This document shows positions 19,375 to 29,895 of a stretch of 64,000 bases of DNA, one piece after another; positions within the stretch are counted from its first letter, which is position 1; the number at the start of each line of letters is the position of its first letter. Source of the DNA: an uncultured Gammaproteobacteria bacterium. GTDB taxonomy: Bacteria; Patescibacteriota; Patescibacteriia; UBA9934; CAZDDW01. The stretch spans positions 147,755 through 211,754 of the forward strand of contig OZ246408.1 in NCBI GenBank assembly GCA_965231015.1, given 5' to 3'. The notes under the pieces were generated by a model that saw only the letters and a list, made by a program, of their open reading frames with translations, was not told where the DNA came from and did not search any database. The position numbers were made by a program, and so were the translations under genes.

Positions 19375-20589
19375 ATGTGGTCTAATTTATTTACCAAACC
19401 CACTAAACCAACCCGAAGCCTTGACGAGGTCATGTTTGAGATTATTCAGGAAGGTGGTTGGCTTTCAAAAGCTGATGAGGCTTTATCCAAAGCTCGAAAA
19501 AAATATCCGGTTCTGGCCGACACTCTGGATAGCCCCCAATCTCCGGACAAGCATGCGGAAGGGCCACGGGTTAATGACCACATTCGATTAATGTTGGCCT
19601 CGCTCTATGCAATTGTTGATGGTCGATTGAAACTTCTTGAAATCGAAGAGTTTGCTCGAATGAAAGGTTATGAAGGTGAGATTGAGGAAATAGAAAACAC
19701 CATCAAGGAACGGGCGGCTTGGTACGAGGTTTTCGCTCTTATGCACGACCTGGCCAAAGGTCCCACAGTCCGTTTTATTCCCGCCCCAGAGTCACTTGGA
19801 CAAGAGCTTGGATTTGGAACCTTAAAAGCCGGATGGGATGAGATTGGTGGGGAAGAGCGACTGGTATGGCAAAAAACATACGATGATTTGTATGCCGGGT
19901 TCGCCGCAACCAGGGTGGGAGAAAAGCGACAAATGATCCAAGTAGAGTTTTTCAAAAAATATGGCATCTCGGTTTCAAACTGGGGGCATGCCAAAGCAAT
20001 CTATAAGCCGCACCTAGAAGAGCTGATTCGAGCCTGCGCTAAGGAATATCGTTTGAGCGATTTTGACACAGATTTGTTGGTTGACATTATTGCCATGCAT
20101 TTAGAGCCCCTGGTCCGTTTTCGTAAAGGAGCAGAACCAAAAGATTATGATTACTTATTGGCTCACGCTAACAGACAAGGCTATGACGCAGATGATTATC
20201 TAGATTTATTACAAGGTTGTGTTTTACTAGATATGGTTCTTGGTCGCCAGGCGGTCGGTCCATACGGTTACTGGCATGATCCAGTCACACTGGAAAACAT
20301 GCTTCGGGCGGAACATGATTGGGCTCCTTGGAAAAAAGAAGCTGGAGTCAAGCAAAAAGAACAGGAGGCAGACAAAATTAAAAAACAAGTCATGAAAGAG
20401 TTTGGTTTGGACGGTAGTTCTATCATGAGTTTAACAGGGATGACACCTGGGCCGGAACTTGGTAAGCTTCTAAAAGATATCAAACGAGCCATAGATGAAC
20501 TTGGCTATTTACCGAAAATCGATCGCAAGCATGAGACCGAGATTATGCGGCGAATAGGCGAAGCTCGGATCAAATTAACCAACCTATGA
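19375..20589 (+). CDS. HD-domain protein with a CCA-enzyme-like C-terminal motif
   Basis: HAEG..V.DH, LMHDLAK and LDG..IM....PGPELG motifs. Confidence 0.65.
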   Translation: MWSNLFTKPTKPTRSLDEVMFEIIQEGGWLSKADEALSKARKKYPVLADTLDSPQSPDKHAEGPRVNDHIRLMLASLYAIVDGRLKLLEIEEFARMKGYEGEIEEIENTIKERAAWYEVFALMHDLAKGPTVRFIPAPESLGQELGFGTLKAGWDEIGGEERLVWQKTYDDLYAGFAATRVGEKRQMIQVEFFKKYGISVSNWGHAKAIYKPHLEELIRACAKEYRLSDFDTDLLVDIIAMHLEPLVRFRKGAEPKDYDYLLAHANRQGYDADDYLDLLQGCVLLDMVLGRQAVGPYGYWHDPVTLENMLRAEHDWAPWKKEAGVKQKEQEADKIKKQVMKEFGLDGSSIMSLTGMTPGPELGKLLKDIKRAIDELGYLPKIDRKHETEIMRRIGEARIKLTNL

Positions 20590-21131
20590 TTACAACACTC
20601 ACCGGAACGGTAACTTATAAAGGATTAGATTGGCTTGTGCTTGAAGTACAGGGGGTCGGGTTTAAAGTGAATATGCCAGCTGAACAAATTAGTGGCCTGT
20701 CCGGGGGGATAACTTTGTATACCCATGAGGTCAACAGGGAAGATTCCCATGAATTGTTTGGTTTCTTTTCCATAGAAGCACTCGAGCTTTTTTGGAATCT
20801 GATTAGTGTTTCTGGAGTAGGTCCTAAGGTTGGTCAAAAAATTGTAACCGTTGAAGCAGTGGATGAGGTAAAAGCCAAAATTATGGCCGGGGACCTGGGT
20901 TTTCTAACAGGTATTTCTGGGGTTGGTAAAAAAACAGCGCAAAAAATTATTTTAGAGTTAAAAGGAGCGCTGGCGGAAGAGGTCCCGTCCGCTACCCTGG
21001 ATCAAGATGCCCTGGCCGCTCTCGTTAATCTTGGCATTACTAGAAGGGAAGCTGAAGAGACGCTCTCACAGGTGGAAGCAGAGGATACGGACGAGCGGAT
21101 CAGACAAGCACTTAAGTTGTTTGATAAGTAA
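20586..21131 (+). CDS. ruvA: Holliday junction branch migration protein RuvA
   Basis: LEVQGVGF, LISVSGVGPK, GVGKKTAQKIILELK. Confidence 0.95.
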   Translation: MITTLTGTVTYKGLDWLVLEVQGVGFKVNMPAEQISGLSGGITLYTHEVNREDSHELFGFFSIEALELFWNLISVSGVGPKVGQKIVTVEAVDEVKAKIMAGDLGFLTGISGVGKKTAQKIILELKGALAEEVPSATLDQDALAALVNLGITRREAEETLSQVEAEDTDERIRQALKLFDK

Positions 21132-21132
21132 T

Positions 21133-22125
21133 ATGGATATTCGGAAAGTTGGTGACAAGGAGCAATGGAATAATTTTGTGGTTGAACATGGCCCGCGTTC
21201 CGGGGTTTTTTTGCATTCTTGGGAATGGGGGGAATTTTTAAAAGCAGGAGGAACAAAGCTTGATCGGCTTGGTTTTTATGAGAACGATTTGTTGTTTGGT
21301 GTGGCTCAAATTGATTTGAACCATTTACCTTTAAAAAAGAATTATGCCGCTTGTTTACGGGGGCCGATTTTTAATGACAAACACCACTCAGAGGATATTG
21401 TTGAACTGGGTGATTTTTTAAAGCAAGAATACGGAGTCATATTTTTTCGCTTTGAACCACTGAATCCGATTTCAGGAAAAATACAAAATAAGAAAATAAA
21501 AACAACCGCGTCTGTTTCACCAAAACATACTTTGATTACTGATATATCAGGAAGTGAGACTGACCTAATGTATGCCATGCATTCCAAAACTCGCTACAAT
21601 ATTCGTTTGGCTGAACGAAAGGGGGTGCAGGTAGAGGAAATACATCCGCAACACTTTGAGAAGGCTTGGCAGATATTTTCTGAAACGAGTCAAAGGGATC
21701 AATTCAAACTGCACAGCAAGCAACATTATGAGCGCATGCTATCCTTTTTTAAGAGTGGTAACGTTCCGGTTCGTTTAGTTGGTGCTTACTACAAAGATGA
21801 TTTGTTGGCCACCAACATCATGGTTGATTTTTCCGGTACCAGGACTTATCTTCACGGTGCCTCCTCAAACAGATCACGAAATGTCATGGCACCATATGCC
21901 TTACACTGGCATGAAATACGTGAGGCACAAAAAAATAATTTGAGTCATTACGATTGGTGGGGGATTTCTGATGATAACCCGGCCTGGGCCGGGATCACTC
22001 GTTTCAAACGTGGGTTCGGGGGAGAAGAGATAGTATATCCTGGTTCGTTTGATTATGTATTAGAGCCTGGTAGTTACATATTGTATAAAATCCTCCGGCG
22101 ACTGTTGTACGGACCAAGGAAATAG
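21133..22125 (+). CDS. FemAB/FemX-family peptidoglycan bridge aminoacyltransferase
   Basis: FLHSWEWG, MHSKTRYNIRLAERKGV, YLHGAS, GITRFKRGFGG. Confidence 0.9.
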   Translation: MDIRKVGDKEQWNNFVVEHGPRSGVFLHSWEWGEFLKAGGTKLDRLGFYENDLLFGVAQIDLNHLPLKKNYAACLRGPIFNDKHHSEDIVELGDFLKQEYGVIFFRFEPLNPISGKIQNKKIKTTASVSPKHTLITDISGSETDLMYAMHSKTRYNIRLAERKGVQVEEIHPQHFEKAWQIFSETSQRDQFKLHSKQHYERMLSFFKSGNVPVRLVGAYYKDDLLATNIMVDFSGTRTYLHGASSNRSRNVMAPYALHWHEIREAQKNNLSHYDWWGISDDNPAWAGITRFKRGFGGEEIVYPGSFDYVLEPGSYILYKILRRLLYGPRK

Positions 22126-22226
22126 ATAATGAGCCCGTCCATGCGACGGGCTTTAAAGTCCAGGCTTGACAGGCTGGTTTTTTTGTTTTATCTTGGGGGA
22201 GTTCATCTGAGAGAGGAGATCTACTG

Positions 22227-22553
22227 ATGAGTCAGGGGGAAAAGGGTTATTTGCATGTGGCTGATCTCGGTGACATGACCTGCTTTGTCATTCCCATGGG
22301 GAGCAGGTGGCTCGAAGTTGCCAACTTCGGACGTCATGGAATCGAGGTGGCCAATCTGACGCACCCGGTGATGAACTGCAGGGTCACACCGGCTGAAGAT
22401 GAAGATCTGCTCCAGCTGCTAGAAAAGCTGGCGATTATCGACAAGAATCTTCCCGAAGCCTGGGCGGCAAGTCTCGGGCGAACAAGCGAGTTCGCCGAGG
22501 CCGAGCGACTCAACCGCATCTTGGCCGAGTTCTTGCAACACGGCCCCTTCTGA
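22227..22553 (+). CDS. Hypothetical protein (108 aa)
   Basis: GAGGAG RBS; flanked by terminator-like hairpins. Confidence 0.65.
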   Translation: MSQGEKGYLHVADLGDMTCFVIPMGSRWLEVANFGRHGIEVANLTHPVMNCRVTPAEDEDLLQLLEKLAIIDKNLPEAWAASLGRTSEFAEAERLNRILAEFLQHGPF

Positions 22554-22607
22554 CACGCAATCAAAAAAAACCCGCAAACCAGTCTTGGTTTGCGGGCGTA
22601 TTTTTTG

Positions 22608-24542
22608 TTATTCAATTACTACTCCCTGGTTGGCCAAGTATTCATCACCCGAAGCTTCAGTGGTTAATTCTCCATTGGAAACACTCATTTTTTCTTGAGT
22701 TACAGAATCAGTAGCAGTAACAGAGATTGGATTAACCAGTTTCACAAAAGTACCAACATCATTTTGGTCTGGGGTGATTGATACTTCAAAGTAAGATTCC
22801 AGTTGTGAAATACTAGTCGGTAAGTTGTTGATATACCATCGAACCACACGGGACTCCGGATGAAAAGTGAGTTCTCCCATGTCTGTGGCGTAGCGTCCGG
22901 TCCAGGAGACATTCAGCGGCAAAGTGGCTGAAACTTCTATTTCATTGATATCATGCAGACTGTTAGTCAGATCAAGTTGAATTCTGTAGCTTGTGGTTTC
23001 ATCAACGGTGGGTGGAATTGTTCCGGTGCCTAGTTCATTTCCCTCGTCATCGTAAAAACGGCTTAAAGCATTAAAAGCTAGATCAGAATTGATACCAATG
23101 TTGATCGGTGAACTGGAAATACTGCGTTCACTAATGACATTGCCTATCTGTTGCATGGCACTAGTTAGGGTTAAGGTTAAATTATCTCCGGTAAGGTCAG
23201 GATCAATTTCTTCAACAACCGGAAGAGTTAAATCAATCACATCTTCCTGATTTGGTTCTAACAAAGCAAGGTTTGGCAAGCTTGTACTATCCCAGGTGAT
23301 AGTGCCACCGGTTTCATTATAAGTTCCACCAAACAGATCTGCACTGGCAAAGTCGATCGGTAGATTTAATCCGTCACTATTTTCAAGCTTTAATTCAAAT
23401 GATGCATTACCAATATTTTCTGTGCCCTGGTTAGCGTACTTAATAGAGATCCGTAAGTTGTCTCCGAGTTCAACCGACTGGTCACTTTCCTGACCATTGA
23501 TTACTGTATAGGCCACCAGGTTTCCACCGAGTACATCAGTTTGTACTGTGGTTTCGGTCTGGGTCAATTCAACCCCGGAAGTATTTTTAAATACGGAAAC
23601 CATGCTTAGGCTGTTGAGACCCGAAGCCTCGGAAGCATAACTTCCCTTGATTTTGATTTCTGTGGTAGTGTTTGGATCCAAGTTTTCAAAGACCCATCTG
23701 GCTTCTTTGTTTTCAGGTAAAGCCGGTTCAGCTTCTGAAATCAGAAAGTGATTTTGCGGTTTTAGATAAACTTCAAAGTTTTGTGCCGGTTCTGATCCGG
23801 AATTAGTTAGACGATAAACATATTCCACTTCGTCCCCGGGAACGGTTTCCATTGATCCCTCAAACTTGGCCTCCAGAACCGTATCTTTGATCATGAATTC
23901 TTTGGTTTCAATATCCTGAAAATCAGCGTTAAAATTTGCCGGTCGGTAGGTGATAATTGCCTGGATGGTGGAGGCGCTTGGTACGTCACCGATGATAGTT
24001 CCGTCAATGGTGATAGATCCATCAGAACCCGGTCGCAAACTACCAATGGTCCAGGTTTTTTGTTCGTCAGTTGGAGAAGGGGAAAATTCGTTGATAATAA
24101 AGGTTTCTGGCAAGTTGAGCTGAATTTCAAGGGCGGCCACCGGCAGTTTGCCATCGTTTTCATAACGGATCTTGTATTCGGCTTGACTGCCACTTGTGAC
24201 TTCTTCCGGCCCTTGAATGGTCACCTGAATTGATTCACTACTTCGACTACCCCAAGGGTCAAAAATCAAAAATCCAGCCCAGGCTATTCCAGACAGAATC
24301 AGAGCCACACCAATAAAGCCAACCAGAAAACGAGTTAACCTACTGGAACGCCTTTTATCCAGCTTCCCAAGCTCAGGTTTTTTATCGCCAGAACCGTAGA
24401 TGGCATTTAGTTCCTGGTCGAAATTACGACTAGGTGGGGTAGGAGCCTTGGCCGGCTTCTTTTTAGAAGATAATTTCTTGGCTGGTTTTTTGGCCAGTGC
24501 TTTTTTAGTTGGTTTGGTTTTATTTTTGGGGACTCGAGCCAT
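22608..24542 (-). CDS. Membrane-anchored protein with Ig-like/DUF11-type repeats
   Basis: Lys-rich N-terminus, one TM helix, repeated beta-sandwich motifs (G..V.Y...L.N.G). Confidence 0.8.
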   Translation of the reverse strand: MARVPKNKTKPTKKALAKKPAKKLSSKKKPAKAPTPPSRNFDQELNAIYGSGDKKPELGKLDKRRSSRLTRFLVGFIGVALILSGIAWAGFLIFDPWGSRSSESIQVTIQGPEEVTSGSQAEYKIRYENDGKLPVAALEIQLNLPETFIINEFSPSPTDEQKTWTIGSLRPGSDGSITIDGTIIGDVPSASTIQAIITYRPANFNADFQDIETKEFMIKDTVLEAKFEGSMETVPGDEVEYVYRLTNSGSEPAQNFEVYLKPQNHFLISEAEPALPENKEARWVFENLDPNTTTEIKIKGSYASEASGLNSLSMVSVFKNTSGVELTQTETTVQTDVLGGNLVAYTVINGQESDQSVELGDNLRISIKYANQGTENIGNASFELKLENSDGLNLPIDFASADLFGGTYNETGGTITWDSTSLPNLALLEPNQEDVIDLTLPVVEEIDPDLTGDNLTLTLTSAMQQIGNVISERSISSSPINIGINSDLAFNALSRFYDDEGNELGTGTIPPTVDETTSYRIQLDLTNSLHDINEIEVSATLPLNVSWTGRYATDMGELTFHPESRVVRWYINNLPTSISQLESYFEVSITPDQNDVGTFVKLVNPISVTATDSVTQEKMSVSNGELTTEASGDEYLANQGVVIE

Positions 24543-24543
24543 A

Positions 24544-27483
24544 TTACAAATCTCTTTCAAAAACAATTCCTAAATAAACCTCATCATTGTTTTCGGCATT
24601 TATGGTAACAGTTTGTTCATTATGGTCTTCATTGGTTGACCAGATTATATTCAGCCGTGGATCGAGATCAACCTCAACGTTGTAACTTCGATCAATTACC
24701 CCGGATTGTTTTTGGATAAATAGGTTATATGAATCAATTGGGTGTAGACCAACCAGGTCTTTGATTTTTTGAACCAAATCGTAGTCATTGGACAGGGTTT
24801 GAATTTTCCATGGCAGTCGGTAGGTGAAAGACGCCACCTCGGTTTCACCCGGCTTGGTTTGAATCCAGTTTCCAAACACGGTTTTACCAAACTCCTCGCT
24901 AATGGTAGTACCGCTGGCTGGATCGGTGTAAGTGGCACTAGCGGCAAAGGACAGGTCCTCGTCTTCACTGAAAAAAGGTTGTGGTCTTTCAAATAAATAT
25001 GGTTCTGGAATTTCAAATCCACTGGCAGCAATTAATTCGCTACCGCGTGGAACATAAAGACGGGCGTAATCTACGTTATTGACTCCAGTAAACAGCTCGT
25101 TGGCAAGGCCATTATGCGTTCTGGAAATAGTGACCGTGTTGGTGATTGTACCATCGGTGGCAAACCCAACCTGCACATCAACTTCTTCGGTGATAATACT
25201 ATCTGTTTTGCCACCACCAAGGTTAGAGGTGATAAGCATCAGATAATCCCCGGCCCCTCTTTTGACTTCTCCGGCCCAACCAAGTTCTTGAATTTGTTCT
25301 TCCAATTTATGATCTTTAAAGTAAAGTTGGATATCTTTTTGAGCTAACCCGGTTCCCAGGTGAGAGAGAATATTAAGAAAAGTATCAGTGTCCTGGTCTT
25401 TTATTCGTTCCAATAAAATTGGAGCCAGGTCTGCTATGAATTGTTTTGGAGCAGATTTATCCGCTTCGGTCTCTACGATTTTTTGTGTTTCAAAGACAAA
25501 GTTTTCCGAGTTTATGGTTCGGCCATACTCATCCATTTCAACTGGTCCGAGCAGACCTATCAAGTCAGCCATGTAGGTGGCGTTCAAAGAAATAACTCCA
25601 TCAACACTTGGCCCACCTGAATTATCATGGAATTCAATGAGTTTTTTTGCCGAAGCAGGGAAGTCGGGAAACCAATTGGCGTCCTGGAATTCCCAGCGAG
25701 CGTTGATTAGTTGTAGTGGTTCCGGGGAAGCTAAAAACTCCTGGTTGCTACCCTGAAGGTCATAGGAGCCTCCGGCCGGAATATAGACATCCTCGATTTC
25801 CCCGTTGTATATGTCGAGCAGAGCATAGCTACCAATGAAACCACCAGTTGGTCGTAGTTCATTGTTGTTTTGGAATATAACAAGATAACGTTTCTTTTCT
25901 TCTTCACCCATGATTTCTTTGGCCAGTTCAGAAAAGGACAAAAATTCGTTCAAGGTTGTAGTTAATTGTGGTAAAGCGCTAGTTAATTCTTGGTAGGCCG
26001 GGACAATATCTTCGGGAAGCTTGCTCGGATTAATTCCATATAGGTGTTCCGAGGCTTCTTCTAAAAATGGCAAAGATCGATTAAGAGAGGTTTCGAGAAT
26101 TTTGATTTTGGCCACCGGGGTATTAGAGATTTCAGTTTGCATGGCCGCAAAGGCATCAGACAAACGAGTGGCGGCACGCGAAAGGGAGTCCCCGGCTTTT
26201 AATAGCTCTGCTTTAGATCGGGTTTCTGGAATAAGTCCGGACAATGTATTGATGGCCAGACCCATGTCGCGCAGAGTGCTTTGAGCTTTGGCAAATTCAT
26301 CACTGGCTGTGGCAAATTGATTGGCTGCGTTATCAAAGTCAGCTCCGGCCACCGCATCAGCCCCGGAAGTAAGATTAGATAAAGCGGCGTGACCGGTATT
26401 TTCAAGACTGGCTTTGGCTTCAGAGAGATTGCGAAAAGTTCCCATGGCGTGCAAAGGAAGCACAAAGACAAAGGAGAGCAGGACAAAACCAGCAATGGCT
26501 CGATGCCAACCGTGCTCTAATCGCAGGCCGATCGGGAAATGCCACTGCCGTGGTTCTTTAACTCTGCTTGTCGTTTTAACTTTTTCCGTTGACTCTTCTT
26601 CTGACTTCACAATGGCCGGTCCGGCAGAGCTAAGAACAAATTCCGGCAGTTCTTCTCTTGTTTCTGCTTCCGCGACCACTTCATCAAAGGTTTCAGCTTC
26701 CTCGGTTTCCGGCAGATCAAGTAAGTCAAAAATATCGACCGGAGTTTCATAAGGAATTTCCGCCATTGGTTCCGGAGTATAAAATCGACTTAAGTTCAAT
26801 TCTTCCAATTTTGGCATCTTTGGTTTGGTAAACCAGAGTGGTTCTACAATTTCTGTGAAATCTTTTTCTTGGATTTGCCCGGATAAAACTTTTTCATCAA
26901 CCAGCATGCCCTCCATTGGATCTTCAGACGGGGTAGTATGCATGACCCAGTCCAGGCTGTTTAGAAAATTAATTTCCGGAACAGATTGTTCTTGATCTTC
27001 AAGAAGAACGGATGGGGTTGGTAGGTCTCGGGTCAAATAAATTGTGAAGGGAGAAAGGGGAGCCTCGTCTGCCACTCTAAGATTAAGTTTGTGGTGCTTT
27101 TTCTTGGCTGCTTCTCGTTCGATTCTTTTTAATTCGTCTTTTGAAGATTCAATAATCGAGGTTAAAACCTCAGCTCGTTCTAGGGCTTCTTTTTTGGTGA
27201 TAGGGCGTGGGATAACCGTAGACTTGTTTGCCGCTGCTTGTTTCTTGGCCGCTGTTTTCTTTTTTACAACCGGTTTCTTTTTGGTCGACGTTTTCCTCTT
27301 GGCCGTTGTTTTCTTTTTAGTTGCAGACTTTTTCTTGGGTGCAACCTTTTTCACAGCTTTCTTGGTCGTTTTTTTCTTGGTCGTCTTTTTTGACTTCGAA
27401 ACCTTGGCCGCGCTTTTTTTAACGGTTTTTTTGGTCTTCCCAACGTTTTTGGTTTTCCTAGTTGTTTTTTTCTTAGCCGGCAT
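24544..27483 (-). CDS. DUF4012-like membrane protein with histone H1-like Lys-rich N-terminus
   Basis: YLVIFQNNNELRPTGGFIGSY, DANWFPDFP and NLGGGKTD motifs. Confidence 0.85.
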   Translation of the reverse strand: MPAKKKTTRKTKNVGKTKKTVKKSAAKVSKSKKTTKKKTTKKAVKKVAPKKKSATKKKTTAKRKTSTKKKPVVKKKTAAKKQAAANKSTVIPRPITKKEALERAEVLTSIIESSKDELKRIEREAAKKKHHKLNLRVADEAPLSPFTIYLTRDLPTPSVLLEDQEQSVPEINFLNSLDWVMHTTPSEDPMEGMLVDEKVLSGQIQEKDFTEIVEPLWFTKPKMPKLEELNLSRFYTPEPMAEIPYETPVDIFDLLDLPETEEAETFDEVVAEAETREELPEFVLSSAGPAIVKSEEESTEKVKTTSRVKEPRQWHFPIGLRLEHGWHRAIAGFVLLSFVFVLPLHAMGTFRNLSEAKASLENTGHAALSNLTSGADAVAGADFDNAANQFATASDEFAKAQSTLRDMGLAINTLSGLIPETRSKAELLKAGDSLSRAATRLSDAFAAMQTEISNTPVAKIKILETSLNRSLPFLEEASEHLYGINPSKLPEDIVPAYQELTSALPQLTTTLNEFLSFSELAKEIMGEEEKKRYLVIFQNNNELRPTGGFIGSYALLDIYNGEIEDVYIPAGGSYDLQGSNQEFLASPEPLQLINARWEFQDANWFPDFPASAKKLIEFHDNSGGPSVDGVISLNATYMADLIGLLGPVEMDEYGRTINSENFVFETQKIVETEADKSAPKQFIADLAPILLERIKDQDTDTFLNILSHLGTGLAQKDIQLYFKDHKLEEQIQELGWAGEVKRGAGDYLMLITSNLGGGKTDSIITEEVDVQVGFATDGTITNTVTISRTHNGLANELFTGVNNVDYARLYVPRGSELIAASGFEIPEPYLFERPQPFFSEDEDLSFAASATYTDPASGTTISEEFGKTVFGNWIQTKPGETEVASFTYRLPWKIQTLSNDYDLVQKIKDLVGLHPIDSYNLFIQKQSGVIDRSYNVEVDLDPRLNIIWSTNEDHNEQTVTINAENNDEVYLGIVFERDL

Positions 27484-27485
27484 GT

Positions 27486-28622
27486 TTAGCCTTGTTCGTT
27501 ATAAAGTTTTAGGATTTCTTTGGCCATGGTTTGCCAAGAATACTTTTTAACTTGATCTGCTCCTTTGGCTTTTAATTTGTCCCGTAGTTCAGAGTCGGTT
27601 AAGCCTTGCTCCATTGTCCGAACCATGGCTTCAATATCATCAGGGTGAAAATATAAGGCGGCATCTCCTAAAATTTCGGGGATAGCCGTGGCTTTGGAAG
27701 CGGCAACTGGCACCCCGCGGGCCATAGCTTCAAGCGGTGGCAAGCCAAAGCCCTCGTGTCGGGAAGGAAAAACGTATAGAGCAGCATGGGCATAGAGTTG
27801 GTCTAGCTCTTGTTCTGACGCATAACCAAAAAAGATAACGGACTCATGCGGAACGTCGATTTCATCAAATTCGCGCTCAAGCCATTTCCAGAAAACATCT
27901 TTCTTTCCGACAAGCACCAGCTTCACTTCCGGATGAAGCCGGTGAAAGAAAGAGAAGGCATGTAAAAGCGCTTCTAAGTTTTTATGAGGGTAGGCGTTAC
28001 CAACATAGAGCAGATACGGAGCAGAAAATGGACGCTGGATTTCAAGATTTCTGGATTTCAAGATTTCTGGATTTTTTGGCTCAGTTACTCCTTCATGAAC
28101 AACGGAAATTTTGTCAGTCGGAACTGAGAAATTTTTCAAAATTGAACCTTTGGTAAAGTTGGAAACAGCAATAATGTGCTTCGATCGATTAACTGCCTGT
28201 TTGAGAACAAACTTGTAGCCAGCGTATTTGAGATGAAAACGGATTGGGTCAAGCTGTGAAGCTTTGTTCGAGTTTGGTTCATCGAGCATGATGAGGTCAT
28301 GGATGGTGACCATAAATGGTGTCTTGGCTCGAAGTGGGATGTTCCAATGCGGATAATGAACAAAATCGCATACGGCACCGTCGATTATTTTCGGCATCTT
28401 GATTTGTTCGGCCATAGTATACCAATGAACGTCGGCTAATACTTTTTCAAAGTTCGGGTTGGTGATTTTGCACGTGTCAAGGTTGTCACGTTTCAGAAAT
28501 AAAACATAGCGGTTCTTTTTGTCGATTCGTTGCAGTTCATTAACGAGCTGTTCAACATATCGACCAAGACCGCCTCCCCCCACTTTTGGGCCGTAAAGCC
28601 GTGCATCAATCCCAATCTTCAT
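27486..28622 (-). CDS. Glycosyltransferase family 4
   Basis: MKIGIDAR, TIHDL, EGFGLPPLEAMA. Confidence 0.93.
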   Translation of the reverse strand: MKIGIDARLYGPKVGGGGLGRYVEQLVNELQRIDKKNRYVLFLKRDNLDTCKITNPNFEKVLADVHWYTMAEQIKMPKIIDGAVCDFVHYPHWNIPLRAKTPFMVTIHDLIMLDEPNSNKASQLDPIRFHLKYAGYKFVLKQAVNRSKHIIAVSNFTKGSILKNFSVPTDKISVVHEGVTEPKNPEILKSRNLEIQRPFSAPYLLYVGNAYPHKNLEALLHAFSFFHRLHPEVKLVLVGKKDVFWKWLEREFDEIDVPHESVIFFGYASEQELDQLYAHAALYVFPSRHEGFGLPPLEAMARGVPVAASKATAIPEILGDAALYFHPDDIEAMVRTMEQGLTDSELRDKLKAKGADQVKKYSWQTMAKEILKLYNEQG

Positions 28623-28731
28623 AAAGTATATACCCTTGCTGAAATTGATCTTTCAGCTTCTATATTATAGCAAAAAAATAAGCTCTCGTCCGCTTATTTT
28701 TCCACATTCAATCAATTTTTCGTTTTTGGCT

Positions 28732-29895
28732 CTATTGAGATGATTTCTTCAGTGCTTTTACGGTGTCTTCTGCAGCTTTTTGCCAGGTAAAATTCATGGC
28801 CTGTTTGATACCAAGTTGTTTTAAGGTTTTGGCTAACTCCGGATCATCTAAAATTTGGTTTATAGAGAGAGCAAGGTCAGCAGAATTAAAAGGATCAATC
28901 AAGATGGCTGCGTCTTTGGTAATTTCTGGAAGGGAGCTTGTGTTTGAAGTGATCACAGGGATGCCACAGGCCATGGCCTCAAGCACCGGAAGTCCGAATC
29001 CTTCGTAGATGGACGGAAAAATGAAGGCTGTGGCTTGCCGATAAAGAGCTGGGCGATGTTCGTGGGGTACATATTCCAAATACACCACGTTTTCATTTTG
29101 AGCTAGACGGTTTTTTATTTCTTCTGACTTCCAACCGGACCCCCCGGCCATAACGAGCATAAGTTCCGGGTGATCTTTTTGTATTTTTTCAAAGGCATCC
29201 AACAGAGCCGATAGATTTTTTCTTGGTTCTAGTGTTCCGAGGAAAAGTAGGTATGGTCGATTAAGGGAATATTTAGATTTTATTCCATGATCTTGTGGGG
29301 TTGGTTTGTGATTGAAGATGGTTTGATCAATTCCGTGTGGTACAACTTGGATTTTGTCCTCGGACTGTTTCGAATAGGAAAGCAGATCAGTTCGGGTGCT
29401 GGTCGATGGACAAATAATAGTACGCGCGTTGTTGATGGTTTGTTCCGGCCGGTTCAGTTTAAAGGCCATTTGGTCTTTAGTGGTGAAAAATTCCGGGAAT
29501 AAGTGCCAAGACATGTCATGTACGGTTAGTACATACGGTGTTCGCTCCATGGAAATGAAGTTGATATTGGGGAAAAAGAAAACATCACAACCACCAGATT
29601 CTTCATTGAGCCAGGTGTCAAGTTTTGGATTGTGGGTCAGGCTGATTTGTAAGTTTAGTTTGCGATTGGGAATAGGTAGATGAAGGTGACGGACGTGTGA
29701 GCGGAATTTATCAAGATCAATTTTTTCCAGATTATCTAAGCAGGTTCGTCGAGCTGTTTCCGTGCCGGCACTAAACAGCATGAAATCATCTCCGGATTCC
29801 AATTCAAAAAGCGCGCGGAGGAGCTCAAGTGTGTATTCCCCCACGCCGCTTGGATTTTCTTTAGCCAGGTGTCTAATATCAATAGCGATGCGCAT
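28732..29895 (-). CDS. Glycosyltransferase family 4
   Basis: GTLEPRKN, YEGFGLPVLEAMACG. Confidence 0.93.
   Translation of the reverse strand: MRIAIDIRHLAKENPSGVGEYTLELLRALFELESGDDFMLFSAGTETARRTCLDNLEKIDLDKFRSHVRHLHLPIPNRKLNLQISLTHNPKLDTWLNEESGGCDVFFFPNINFISMERTPYVLTVHDMSWHLFPEFFTTKDQMAFKLNRPEQTINNARTIICPSTSTRTDLLSYSKQSEDKIQVVPHGIDQTIFNHKPTPQDHGIKSKYSLNRPYLLFLGTLEPRKNLSALLDAFEKIQKDHPELMLVMAGGSGWKSEEIKNRLAQNENVVYLEYVPHEHRPALYRQATAFIFPSIYEGFGLPVLEAMACGIPVITSNTSSLPEITKDAAILIDPFNSADLALSINQILDDPELAKTLKQLGIKQAMNFTWQKAAEDTVKALKKSSQ

Noticed and set aside
27044-27550. 168-aa hydrophobic plus-strand ORF
   Set aside because: Antisense of the Lys-rich N-terminus of the 24544-27483 gene
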